From Octopus sinensis (taxonomy: Eukaryota), in assembly GCF_006345805.1 (NCBI RefSeq), contig NC_042999.1, forward strand, positions 110,236,001 through 110,300,000: 64,000 nucleotides of DNA, in the 5' to 3' direction. The notes under the pieces are model-generated. The model did no database searches and was not told where the DNA came from. It was given only the letters and a program-made list of their open reading frames with translations. The translations under genes were made by a program, and so were the position numbers. Positions 37,990-51,057 of the stretch are shown here, piece by piece. Numbering within the stretch: the stretch's first letter is position 1; each line of letters starts with the position of its first letter.

Positions 37990-38689
37990 ATATAAAAAGA
38001 TAAATTTTAAATTTAAATTTAAATAAGTATGTTCTCTAACCAGTAAAATTTACTGCAGAGAATTATTTCCAGTATTTTAGCGCACCAAAACAAGGACTTT
38101 TGAAAGATAACCCCAGGTGTAATTGATAGAATTGTATACATGTTCAATCTCATGTGGACACTTTATGTATAGTTCTGAAAATTATATTTGTAATGACGAT
38201 CATACCGAAGAGCTACAGACAATTGTGTAAGTAAAATTGTGTAACTGTTGATAGCAAAACATGTCTATGATTAATTTATATTTTTGTTTCTTTTCATTTG
38301 TCTTGCTCGCTTATGTTCTGGCGTTTGCTAAATTTTCTTGAGAACATTCCTTTCTTAGTGGTAAGACCATAGCGGATCTACTTCTAGCATAAGGGTTGTC
38401 CACGTAGTTGTCATCCCTCTTATATGTATGTAATAGATAGATAGATAAATAGATAGATATATAGATGGATAATAGATAGATAGGTAGAAAGATAGGCATG
38501 TAGGAAGGTAGATAGAATGATTAATTCATATACATGCATATCTTCACCACTATTCTCTCTCTTTCTCTCCTCTAACTAGGGTTGCCATTTATCCCCTCTT
38601 CAATAAGACACCTGTTTCTGTGTCTGGCATAAATCCATCTTTCTCAATCTATTCTTCCCTCACAGGTTCTGGTGTCACATAAAGAAAAA

Positions 38690-38871
38690 ACTCTCAGTTC
38701 ACTCTGTAAAGTGGTTTGTGCTGGAAAGGGCATCCAGCCATAGAAACTATGCCAGAGCAGACAAAAGAGCATGGTGCAGTCCTCTGGCTTGCCAGCTCCT
38801 GCCAAACTATCCAACACATGCCAGCATGGAAAATGGACGTTGAATGATGATGATGGTGATGATGATGATGG

Positions 38872-38900
<29 letters not shown>
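38690..38900 (+). mobile_element. GAT-tail retro-element 3' end
   Basis: gggcatccagccatagaaactatgcc...gcatggaaaatggacgttgaatgatgatg. Confidence 0.7.
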
Positions 38901-38902
<2 letters not shown>

Positions 38903-39727
38903 AGATAGATAGATAGATAGATAGATAGAAAAAAGAAAGATGATAGCTTGATGGATGGATGGATGGATGGAAATAAGAAAAATAAAACAGAAAAGGGGTA
39001 GCAAAGAAACAGGGAGAGATATAAAGAAATGAGAAATCAAAGAGAAGAAATTATTAGATAAAAAAATGACAAACTAATAAGAAAACAAAGAAAGAAAGAG
39101 CTTTTTCTTAAAAAAAAAAGATGTTAAAGAAGGTAGAAGAACTATTAAGAAGACAAAATCAAAAGAAGAAAAATAGAAGACAAAGATATAGAAAACTTAA
39201 GAGTTTGACTAAAGAAAAAGAAGTAGATAATAAAAGCAAAACAAACAAAACAATATGAAAAAATAAATAAAAACTAAAAAGAAAGATGAAAAGAGAAAAA
39301 TTAAAGAAAATAGTATCAGTGAAAATGAAAGAAAATATAGAAAAAGAAGGAAGAAAAGAGAGTAGTAGTAGTGGTAGTAAGAGGAGAAGGGGGGACAGTA
39401 TGATAAAAAGGGGAGGAGTTGGTGAAGAGGGGAGAAGAAAGAGGAGTTACGTAATGAGTTGAATCAATGGAGATAATGTATATTTAATTTTCTTCATTGT
39501 TCAAATTTAATGACAGTTTAATGTATCCACACCCTCCCCATCTCTCTTTCCCTACTTCTCTCTCTTTTCTCTCTTCTTCTTTCTCTTTCTCTTCTCCCTT
39601 GTCTTCTTTCACGTTCTTGCTTTCTTTTATTGTATCTCTAGTATTACTCGTCTTCTTTTTCCACTATTTCTTTTGCTCTTCCATGCATGAACATATTCAC
39701 GCGCACAGATATTCTCTCTCTCCCCAT

Positions 39728-39821
<94 letters not shown>

Positions 39822-39839
39822 GTCTAGTATCAAATCCTG

Positions 39840-41130
39840 TCAAGACCAACAATAATGGTTTCAAACTTTGGCACAAGGCCAACAGTTTTTGAGGGGAGGG
39901 GGAAGTCGATTACATCATTCCTAGTACTTGACTGGTACTTACTTTATTGACCCTGAAATAATGACATGCAAAGTTGACTTTGATGGAGTTTGAACTCAGA
40001 ACGTAAAAGCAGACAAAAGGCCACTTGGCATTTCACCCAGCATGCTGATTCTACCAGCTAATCACCTTCAGCCCAACAATAATCTTTTCTATTATAGACA
40101 CAAGGTCTGAAATTTGAGGGAGGGGACAGAGCTCAACTGGTAATTATTTTATCAACCCCAGGAGGTTGAAAAGCAAAGTCACTTCGGCAGCATTTGAACT
40201 CAGAATGTATTGAGAAATAAAATACTGTTAAGCATTTTTCCTTGTGTGCTAATGATTCATATTTCTTTATTGCCCACAAGGGGCTTAAACATAGAGGGGA
40301 CAAACGAGGACATTAAATCGATTACATCGACCCTAGTGCATAACGGGTACTTAATCTATCGACCCCGAAAGGACGAAAAGCAAAATCGACCTCGGCGGAA
40401 TTTGAACTCAGAACGTAACGGCAGACGAAATACCTATTTCTTTACTACCCACAAGGGGCTAAACACAGAAGAGACAAACAAGGACAGACAGACGGATTAA
40501 GTCGATTATATCGACCCCGTGCGTAACTGGTACTTATTTAATCGACCCCGAAAAGATGAAAGGCAAAGTCGACCTCAGCGGAATTTGAACTCAGAACGTA
40601 ACGGCAGACGAAATACCGCTAAGCATTTCGCCCGGTGTGCTAACGTTTCTGCCAAGCTCGCCGCCTTTGTGTTAATGATTCAGCCAGCCTGCTGCTTTAC
40701 TTCAGCCCCAAAATAATCCTTTTTACTGGAAGCACAAGACCTCAAATTTGCAAGAAAGGACTATGTCCATTATATCGATCCTAGTGCATAACTGGTGCTT
40801 ATCTAATCGACCCCAAAAGGATGAAAGGCAAAGTTGAGCTTGATGGAATTTGAACTCAGAACGTGAAGATGGACAAAATACCGCAAAAGTATTTTCCCCG
40901 GCATGCTAACGATTCTGCGAGCTCGCCGCCCTTTTCAGCCCCAAGATAATATAAATAATTTAATATGTCTTTACGTTCTGAGTTCAAATGCTGCTGGGGT
41001 CGATTTTGCCTTTCATCCTTTCAGGGTCGGCAAATAAATACCGGTGAAACACTGGGGTTGATGTAATCGACTTATCCCCTCCCCACCCCAAATATCAGGT
41101 CCTGTGCTTATAGTAGAAAGGAATATAAAT
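39840..41130. mobile_element. Cluster of about 6 Meta/Nin-type SINE units: tandem minus-strand concatemer at ~40255-40668 and a plus-strand copy at ~40965-41130
   Basis: Repeated gaatttgaactcagaacgt; same internal junction as the 6744-7136 dimer. Confidence 0.85.
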
Positions 41131-41934
41131 AATTTAGTATTTAACACAATGTAATGCAAATAATTAATGCATTTGTTACTGCCACCTTTCTCCTTTTCAG
41201 CCACCACTGCCATCACCACCACTGTCACTATCACCACTACCAACGCCGCCACCACCACTACTACCACCATCACCACCGTCACCACCCCTACTGCCGCCAC
41301 TACCACCGCCCCGCCCCCATCTCTACTGCCACCACCACCACCATCACTGCCACCACCACCACCACCGTACTGTGAGTACAGCAAAAGTCATGACCATGCG
41401 GTGAATACAGTCACTACTAGTGTTACCATTTACCACCCTCATAATATTGCACACTACTCTCCTCAGCTCCCACCACCATTATCAACATCAAAGAGCTTCT
41501 GAAAACAACTATGTAGTTGCTGGACATAGCTAAACACCCTTCAAATTACACTCAACCACTCTGAAGAAAAGGAAGGACACATTAAACATAGTAGGCTTAG
41601 ATATACGAAAAGATAAGATGGTTACAGCTGGCAAGTCTTTGACTATATGTTGTCTGTTTGTGTAAGACTGACCTGGGGCTAAACAACGTCAGCAACAACA
41701 TGACAACGACGATGACGATGCTGTTGATGATGATGATGATCCTCATCATCGTCATAACCACACTTCCCCATTGTTTTAACAATGGAAAGAACCCATTTAG
41801 TCTCACTGCCAAAAAAACTGAAAACACATGTTCATAATTTTCCCCTACATTTCTACGGTGTAGCACTTCTGCTAATCAAATTTGTAATTCAGCTTACAAT
41901 TGCTTGTACAGTTGTGTAGAGTGTATTTGGTCGT

Positions 41935-42270
41935 CGTCATCATCATCATTTAATATCTGTTGTCCATGCTGGCATAGCTTGGACGGTTTGACCAGGGCTG
42001 GCAAGCTGGGAGGCTGCACCAGACTCCAGTCCGATTTGGTTTCTACGGCCAGCCACTCCGAGAGTGTAAATTGGTGCTTTTACGTACCACATGACACTGG
42101 TATCCGCCATGACTGCGGTTTTGCTCGACTTGATGAGTCTTCATTTCAAGCACGACCTAATGCCAAACGTCTCGGTCATTGCCTCCGTGGGGTCGAACAC
42201 TTGAAAGGAGCTCAGCCTCTTTGCTTCCGTGAGGCCTAATGCTCGAAAGGTGCTTTTTACGTGACACCAA
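41935..42270 (-). mobile_element. GAT-tail retro-element fragment
   Basis: catcatcatttaatatctgttgtccatgctggcat...ggctgcaccagactccagtc. Confidence 0.7.
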
Positions 42271-42297
42271 CTCAGCGACGACTACAGAATAAAGAGA

Positions 42298-42336
42298 TTT
42301 CTGACGAAGCTCTAACAAAAGCTGAAACTAGTCAGA
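42298..42336 (+). ncRNA. Minimal type-I hammerhead ribozyme with a fully canonical core
   Basis: TTT-CTGACGA-AGC-TCTAACAAAA-GCT-GAAA-CTAG-TC-AGA: CUGACGA and GAAA intact, 3-bp stem II, palindromic stem III ACUAGU, GUC cleavage triplet, 3-bp stem I (one G-U). Confidence 0.65.
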
Positions 42337-42415
42337 CTGGTGTCTTTTTTCTTGACAGAGAGAAACCTGTAGTTTAATTCTCATGTCTGCTGACATGCAT
42401 GCTTACCTGCACGCG

Positions 42416-42503
<88 letters not shown>

Positions 42504-43047
42504 CGCATGCACGCAAGCACACATTCCACTGTAGATACGTATATACAATAACCAGAAAACGGGTGTGGTATTCAGTGTTCTATAGGATATACACGTGTTT
42601 TAACGAAGTGTCGAAATAGTTACATAACAATGAAGAAACATTATGTAATGTGCAATGCGTGTGTATAGTTGCTGCAACTTGGTCAAATGTTTAAGAATTC
42701 AATTTCATTCGTAGTAACAAATTGCTGGTTTCGTAGCCTCAAGATTAGTTTGAGCCTTGTGGAGGAAGATGGGTAGATGGTGGTTATGTGGAAGTTCGCC
42801 GGATGGTTTGTGTCTCTAATTTTAATGTTCTTGTCACATGCATGAGTTGTATTAAGGGTACACATGCCTATGGAATACACTGCGGTTTTCATGCTAGTTC
42901 AATGAACAGCTGGTTCAGTTGATTGAACACCTGAATATTCATTTTCAGAATAAACAGAGATCAATTTTTCTTGTTTACTTTGCACGTGTGATAGATAGAT
43001 GGATAGATAAGTAGGTAGGTAGGTAGATAGATAGATGATAGATAGAT

Positions 43048-43138
<91 letters not shown>

Positions 43139-43369
43139 CAGACAAACGGATGGAGGAATGGGTGGGTGGATGGACGGATTGTCAGATAGATAGATAGATA
43201 GATGGATAGATAACTTTCTTTATTGGCCACACACGGCTGAACACAGAGTGGACAAATACAAATGTAGAGCTTTTCTTTACGAAGATGGAAAAAGAATAAG
43301 GGGAAAAAAAGGAAACAAATGTAAAATTCCGATCAAAAGGGGTCGGAAAAAAAAAGATAGATAGGTAGG

Positions 43370-43401
<32 letters not shown>

Positions 43402-44352
43402 GGTGGACGAACATTTAGCTACAGCTGGAGAGGACAAGAGTCTCTCATTTTAATTCTCCAACTGCCGCTCTATCACCCACTTTATATTGCCGTCTCCTAC
43501 ATTACACAAAATAATATGAATACACATTGGAAATTATTATTAGTGAGTATGTGTGTATATGCATGTATGTGTTTGTGCGTATACGTATATGTGTGTACAT
43601 ATGTATGTAACCATAGACACAATCCTACATTCATAGATACATACACACATAAATACACACACGTACATACACATAGATATTTTATTTAAGTTCCTTCATT
43701 TGTTTTTCATTTTCTCGGTCCTTTTTGCACACACAGACCACCACTAAGTTATCTATTCGAATGACTATGTCCTTACATACATATACATACATACATATAC
43801 ATACATACATACACCCATGCATACATACATAACTTATATATTTGCGTGTGTGTGTGCATACGTGTGTATGTTTGTGCTTGTATAAGCTATTTGTACTTAA
43901 AAGTAATACAAACACAAACATAATAAAAAGAAAACCTGGAAAAAAAAAGTAGCACTGAAGAATATGGAAACAGAAAAGAAATGTAAAAGAGGAAAAAGAA
44001 AAACCATATTAATCAGAAGAAAGTAAAAAAGAAAGGGAAAGGAAGAAAGGGAGAAAAAATTAGGCTTGAGATAAAGGAGAAAGAAAGAAAAAAAAAACTC
44101 ACTCAAAACAATTAGTTTATTTTTACCAATTTTACTGGAATACCTTGAAGTCATCTCAAGTTCAACGTCAGTCATATCAGTTTTAGTGTTAAAACCTTCA
44201 GTTCTTTGGAGAAATTTGGCCAACTGAATTAATAAGACAATGAACTCATTTTATTTCATTCTTGAAGAAAACTATTAATTAAAAGACAGTTCCTTTGCCA
44301 ATACCTGTCTTACGCCATCTTCTCTTCTCCAAACACTCTCTCTCTCATCATC

Positions 44353-44434
<82 letters not shown>

Positions 44435-44910
44435 TCATTCCCTAAAACGCCCACAAAAAATTTCCCAGAACACTGCATCACCTCCCTGCAAAAAAAAAAA
44501 AAAAAAAGTAAAAAGAAGAGAAAGCATGAAACCAAAAGGAAAGAAAAGGCAAAAATAGTTCTGGAAACACCATAATTTTTTTTTTTGTTAATTTATTTGT
44601 TTATTTGTTACCACTTTCTATAAATAATAGAATAATAGCTTTAATTACAGCGATGTGCCTTCTGAGCAAAGCTGTTATGTTCTGATGTCTACTATGAAGC
44701 TGATAAAGTGATGACAAGATTCTACTTTGCTAGCTCAGCAATTGATCACCGTTTACTTAAAGGAAACTGTTAGTTTCCTTTATTTCTGAAGAGATGATGA
44801 TGTTATTGTCGTTGATGTTGTCGTGGTTTAGCCCCAGATTATCACTGATTCATTGATCTACGATTAAAGACGTCCTATCTGTGACTTGCTGTCTTTTATG
44901 GTCAGATATA

Positions 44911-46209
44911 CGAGAGGGTGTTTGAAAAGTTTTGAGCCTAACCTAGTAACGGGGCTGCTAGATAGCTGAAACAATTTTTTCTGGTAAGTACAGTCTTTTC
45001 GGAGTATTCTTGTTCATTTTCATGATTCTGATATTTAAACTTTTTTTTTTGTTACAGATTTTTGAATAAACAAGTGTCGAGGTTACAAGGAAAAGGAAAA
45101 AACTGAGTATCGTGCTGTCATAAAGTACCTTCATTTGAAAGGCATGACTCCATCAGAAATCCATGAAAATATGGTGAGAACCTTAACAGACAATGCTCCA
45201 TCATATGCAACAGTCAAACGCTGGGTAAATGGATTCAAGGATGGCAGGGAGAGTGTGGAATATGATCCCAGACCAGAGAGACCTCCAACTGCAACCACCA
45301 AGGACAACCTTGGCATTGCTCTTGGCATGATTATGCAAGATCGCTGAATATTATGTCATCAGATAACCGAGAGACTGGGCATCTCAACTGAAAGAGCAGA
45401 CAACATTGTGACAAAAGAATTTGGGTTCTTAAAGGTTTCCGCAAGGTGGGTCCCTCACCTTTTGACTCTTGAACAGAAATGCACCAGGTGAACTTTGTCC
45501 ACGAGCAATCTGGAACTGTTTGAAGCTGATGAAGAGAATTTTCTTGCTCGTTTCATTACTATGGACGAAATTTGGGTTCATCACTACCAGCCTGAAACCA
45601 AAAAACAATCATAGCTGTGGAAGCACACATCTTCGCCTACCCCAAAGAAGGCCAGGGACATTCCTTCAAATGGCAAGGTCATGGTGTTTGTTTTTTTTAG
45701 GATTCTCAAGGTGTCTTGCTGATCGATTACCTTGAAAAGGGTCACACCGTGACAGGGCTGTATTATTCTCAGCTACTGAAACGCCTCCGAGAGACAATCA
45801 AAGTAAAAAGGCCGGGAATGCTCACCAGAAGAGTCCTTTTTCATCACGACAATGATCCAGCCCACATGTCAGACGTTGCCATGACAACAATTCGTGATTG
45901 TGGATACGAACTTGTTCCCCATCAGCCTTATTCGCCAGACTTACCCCCTTCTGACTTTCATCTATTCTCCAAAATGAAAAAAAGCCCTGGATGGTCACCA
46001 TTTTGCCAGTGATAATGGCATTAATAATGCCGTTAGAAATTTCTTGGAGTCTCAAACAAAAGAGTTCTTCTACGCCGGGATAATGGCGCTTCAGCACCGC
46101 TGGAGAAAGTGTTCAGCCATCGAGTGGAACAATGTTGAAAATTAAATCATCCGAAGTCTTGTATCATGTTTTGCTTTATTGAGGCTCAACACTTTCCATA
46201 CACCCCTCG
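44911..46209 (+). mobile_element. Full-length mariner transposon (1299 bp)
   Basis: TIRs cgagagggtgtttgaaaagttttgagcct / aggctcaacactttccatacacccctcg; TA TSDs at 44909-10 and 46210-11. Confidence 0.95.
45093..46145 (+). pseudogene. Mariner DD34D transposase pseudogene (~350 codons)
   Basis: EKTEYRAVIKYLHLKG, WVPHLLT, TMDEIWVHHYQPETK, FHHDNDPAH, PYSPDLPPSDFHLF; second and third Asp codons at 45848 and 45953 are 35 codons apart. The expected ATG reads AAG; three in-frame stops and two compensating frameshifts. Confidence 0.93.
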
Positions 46210-46841
46210 TAGATGTATCTTTCATGATCATAGATGTATCTAGGATTACAAAGTGAAGCCACAAGGCCTAATGGTTAGAGTGTGGCACTCACAATCCTTT
46301 CTTGTAATCATGGTTTCGATCCCCAGAGTGTGCCATCTTAAAACAAAGGCAGTTGCCTGGAGGTTTAACGCGTTTAGGGATCCAACAGGTGTAGGGGCCT
46401 GAAATGTCTAAAGCTTGTAGATCAGGATCAGCTCAAAATCAAAGAGTTAAACCCACTACACTACTATCCAGGTAATAAAGCCCGTGGATTTAAGGGACAC
46501 TAGAATGAACATATAGCATTGAATTTGATCCCACGGTTTGCCACTTAGAAATCACAATTCAATCATGTGCACAACCGAGGTTTTACCCAAAGAGCGGTCG
46601 TTGTTCATGTGATAGTTCAGTGGCTCGTCTAGACTCTCCATCAACGCAGCCTATAAATACAGTGAAATTTCGTAGTGTTGCAGATATCAGAGTTGCTATG
46701 ACGTTCTGCATTCACGCCATATTTAGAGTGTCTTGGGTCAGATGGTGTACACTTCCCTTATAGCCGTTTTCATAGCTGCAGATTCAACCTGGAGTAATTG
46801 AAGAAGGCACACTGGGGCACCTGAATATGTATTTGATGAAT

Positions 46842-47228
46842 CGGAGGCGCAATGGCCCAGTGGTTAGGGCAGTGGACTCGCGGTCATAGGATCACGATTT
46901 CGATTCCCAGACCGGGCGTTGTGAGTGCTTATTGAGCGAAAACACCTAAAGCTCCACGAGGCTCCGGCAGGGGATGGTGATGATCCCTGCTGTACTCTTT
47001 CACCACAACATTCTCTCACTCTTACTTCCTGTTTCTGTTGTACCTGTATTTCAGAGGGCCGTCCTTGTCACTCTCTGTGTCACGCTGAATATCCCCGAGA
47101 ACTACGTTAAGGGTACACGTGTCTGTGGAGTGGTCAGCCACTTACACGTTAATTTCACGAGCAGGCTGTTCCGTTGATTCGGATCAACCGGAACCCTCGT
47201 CGTCGTAACCGACGGAGTGCTCCCATCC
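46842..47228 (+). mobile_element. Full-length tRNA-derived SINE with an 11-bp TSD
   Basis: Head ggaggcgcaatggcccagtggttagggcagtggactcgcgg...ttcgattccc; TSD atttgatgaat at 46831-46841 and 47229-47239. Confidence 0.92.
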
Positions 47229-47987
47229 ATTTGATGAATAAAATTATCCCAAATGTTAAATCTTTAACGAAGATTTTCTGTATGTGTCAGATTACACTAT
47301 TTCATCAAAATGATTCTGTTAATTGTATTGTATGAACACCTTTCCTATTTATGTAACAAATAAGTTATTTTCCAACACATAAAGAAGCCCTTTCTTTTGT
47401 TACAGACACAACGTGTCAAGTGTCAGGAATCAGGGTGAACATCAAGACAGGATAAAAGTCCCCTCGCATTCCAAAAAAAAAAAAAAAAAAAAGAAACCAC
47501 CGTTCATCAGTCTATCCTGTTCCTGTAATGGTCATTTAACAAAATCGTAGTTACCTGTAGAGTACTTATAGATCATTCCAGAATATCAGAGGGCGCTAAT
47601 GGGTCCAGGAGCCCAATTCGAATCTATGGTTTGCTGTCAATAAATAAAATACTACAAGATTTAGGGCATTGATTTGTCTGGGTGGGGTGGGTGGGCGTCC
47701 TGTAATGCTGATAAGACAGCCGCGTACCCAGGTCAGACAGTGCATGATGTTCCTGAGGAAAACGTTTATTTTCATGTTGTTCTAGTTCAGTCACCTGTAA
47801 GGGAGTAAACCCTACGATGGATTACTGTTCTATTCAAGGGTAATGTCATGACGTCGGTTGCTTGTACGCAATGGAAACCAGGTGTGCCTCCTTATGAGTC
47901 ACAAGACTCAAAATAGTACTTACAAAGACTGCAAAATACTTAGACTACCTTCTAAAATAGTATAGTGTAATTTAAGGGAGATAAGTA

Positions 47988-48429
47988 AGGGATCATTTCG
48001 GTTTGAACGGCAGTTTTTTCTAGCGGTGTCATATGAAATTGTCACCTATAATTATGACCCTAAAATCGATCTATTGCAATTCAATCTCCTTTAGGGTTAG
48101 GGTTAGTTAGGGTTAGGGTTAGTTAGGGTTAGGGGTGGGGGAACGGTATCTTTTTTCCTTCACATATGTAAATAAACCCAATCTGTTTCTTAAACGAGGG
48201 ACATATTCATACGGCACAGAATGTTTGTCACCTCAATAGACGTCACTGATTGGTTGAAATTGCAGAAATTGAAGAAAAAAACAACAAATATCTTACAAAC
48301 TATAGAATTTTCTCAATAAAGCCAAGAGAAAAAAATGTTTTATAAACACATTCTACCAGTATACGAAGTTAAAATTTTTTAGTTACCTAGAAATTATGTT
48401 AAAAACTGCCGTTCAAACCGAAAAGATCT
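47988..48429. mobile_element. Asymmetric member of the 14737-15263 family, with internal (TTAGGG)-type repeats
   Basis: Termini gatcatttcggtttgaacggcagtttt / aaaactgccgttcaaaccgaaaagatct; right ~150 bp match the palindrome arm; ttagggttagggttag at 48102-48133; TSD taagta at 47982-87 and 48430-35. Confidence 0.85.
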
Positions 48430-48821
48430 TAAGTAAGTTTCCATGTAAGATGGTGTAAGATTAATCGAATCTTGTATCTATTGATACTTTATGATAATGA
48501 TAATTGTATTTGTGTATGTAAATGAGAGAGAGGGGGTGTTGAGTGAGAGTGTGTTGTCTATTTAGATAGATTTTTATGCCAAATTATATACCAAAACAAT
48601 TTAACATTAAATGAGAGAATTACTTGATACGTTTTAGTAGAGTACATGTTAATAAAAGTTTTAAAAGAGAGGTAACAGTTACTTCGAAGATTTGGCCTGC
48701 TAACTTTTACGAGATACACAATGAATTCATGTGTGCGTGTCTGTGCATGTGCGCGCACGTGCGTGTGTGTGCGCGTGTGTGCATGTATGTTATTGTGAGT
48801 GCGTGTGTCTACATAGATATA

Positions 48822-49895
48822 CGAGATGAGTTAAAAAAGTATCCGACTTATTTTTTCTGCCAAAACTAACACCGCATGGGCAAAATCCTTTGGGTGGGAG
48901 GTGACGTCACCTTTCCTGCACTTGTGTGAAAAGTTTCGTACCGGAAGACGGCATTGGTTCCTGGCTGCTATGCCTAGTGTACAGATGTGTAGTGTGCCCT
49001 AATCAGATTTTCGCTTTCTCACAAGATGAACGAACGCACCGAGTAGATACTATAAACCAGTGATGATGCTCTTTATGAAGTTTGAGCCATGGCTTGTACA
49101 GTCCAGCATATCCTGAGTAATTTCCATGCAGAGTTGTTTCTGCTACTTCACCAGCACCCTGGGGACGAATTTCGCTGACGCTCATTACATGCACAAAGCC
49201 TCCGTTAAAAAGAAATGCACTGATCCTGTGCTTATTCCCACTTCGAGAGCAATTTCCTGGATTGTTACATGATAGTTTTCCATGACTATTCACTGAACCT
49301 TCTCAATACAATTGGCTCCTCGTTTCAGCTTGTGATTGGCCTGCTTAGATGTGCCTCGCTCTCCACTGAAGTGCGGCCATATGTGAAGCGATTATACACT
49401 CCTTGATCTGAGTTTTGCTCATGGCATCATCGCCAATGGCCTGCTGAATCTTCTGGGTGTTTAACCCTTTTGATACCAACCTGGCCAAAACCGCCTCTGG
49501 CTCTGTAGAACAAATGTCTTGTTTTCATAAGTATTGAATTAAAATCTTCCATCAAACCTTAGTCACAATTTATGTTCCCAACACCAGCTTAATGATAACT
49601 AAGTTCTTTTATTAAATTCTTTGTTGTATTTAAAATTAATTGAATGAAACACAGAGCATCTCAAAATAAATACAGTAACAAAAGAGTTAAGCCTAAGTAT
49701 CACCAAGCTTTTGACAAAATTTGATGCAATATCTCTGCTCAATGTGTTCAGTGAAAAGAGAAAATCCGACGAGCACACATTATATGGCTGTACTCTAGGA
49801 GTAAAAGCTGGGAACTGATGTGATCAAACGGTACGAAAATTTTCATGCATGCACAAGAAGGGTGGTGTCACCTTCCAAAGAAAGGATTTTGAGCA
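48822..49895 (-). mobile_element. Mariner derivative with long inverted termini and an N-terminal transposase remnant
   Basis: Starts TA|cgagatgagttaaaaaagtatccgact; inverted match ~48878-48950 vs ~49815-49893; minus strand EQRYCIKFCQKLGDT, IQEIALEVGISTGSVH, AKFVPRVL, DMLD...FIKSIITG. Confidence 0.85.
49465..49686. mobile_element. TTAA-specific (piggyBac-like) MITE inserted in the mariner ORF
   Basis: TTAA at 49461-64 and 49687-90; termini cccttttgatac / gtaacaaaagag; removing it rejoins the transposase HTH region. Confidence 0.85.
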
Positions 49896-50057
49896 AATGA
49901 CATTTTGCATCACACCAACATCGATGCGTCTATGTGGTACTGGCATGGGTGCTTTTTACATAGTGCTGATACAAATGCTTTTTAAAAAATACTGACAAAG
50001 GGCTCTTGCAGGCCAGTTCTCTGCAGTAGGGACAGTGGCATTAACAATTCTGCTGTA

Positions 50058-50230
50058 GGGGACAGATCTTTTTCAGTATGGCTCAGTGTCCTGAGATCAT
50101 CTTTCGGTATTCCATCCCATGTCTTTTTGGGTCTCTCTCTTCCATGAGCTCCATCCATTTTGAGTGATTGACACTTCTTTATGGATCAGTCCATATCCAT
50201 CTATATCACGTGACCAAACCAGTGCAATAC
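50058..50230 (-). mobile_element. RTE-clade LINE ORF C-terminal remnant
   Basis: Minus strand LHWFGHVI*MD...KKCQSLKMDGAHGRERPKKTWDGIPKDDLRTL matches RTE LRWxGHVxRM...GRGRPxKTW...DL. Confidence 0.78.
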
Positions 50231-51012
50231 TAATACTACTCCACGGAAACCACAAACAGTGCTCATTGTTTATGTGCCATAACTTAGTAGCTTGACAAAC
50301 AGAAATCAATAAATGTCTGACTTAAAAATAAGAACTGGAGTCAATATCTTTGACTAACTTTCAACTTGGTGAGATAGTATGGCCACATTCCAATGAGAGA
50401 AACAAGTTAAAAAAATAAAAGAAGGCAGCATTTTGAACTACATTATCCTTTCCGTATTTTTAAATGGTAGGGTGTAACTTGAGGGGATTTAGCTGTCATT
50501 TCTGGCAGGTTATTTAGTAGAAGTAGATACTAGCAGTAACAGAATAACTAATTGCTTATCACAGTACTTGGATGTGATTACTGATTACTTGTCGCAGTCA
50601 CGGATCATGTTAATTATCCAACAGATACTCTGTTACTCTGGAAGATACACTGGCGGCAATTAAGACAGATCGGGTTTTTAGAATGAATTATTTGTACACA
50701 GTGGGTTAGGGGGTAGTGATAGAAAATCCAGCTGAGAAGATGACAAGATGGAAGAGGGCTATTTAGTGTATTCTCGGAAATTCACTGAGTTATACCAGCA
50801 GCAGGGGGGAAAATATAGATTGATGACATAACAGTATAATTTATAGTGAACGTACACACACACACACACTCATGCACATTCACACGTACATATAGAGGCA
50901 CACATGTGTACATTTATACATTTCAACACACATGCAGACTTACTTGTGTTATTTTATGATATAAATAGTAACTGTAAAAGTTAGAAGCACACACTCACAC
51001 ACACACATGCAT

Positions 51013-51057
<45 letters not shown>

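Noticed and set aside
46843-46915. tRNA gene (also the heads at 13188 and 15411)
   Set aside because: tRNA-like A/B boxes continue into a SINE body with a TSD; no acceptor stem closure.
48102-48133. True telomere or chromosome-fusion site
   Set aside because: Short, degenerate and internal to a TIR element.
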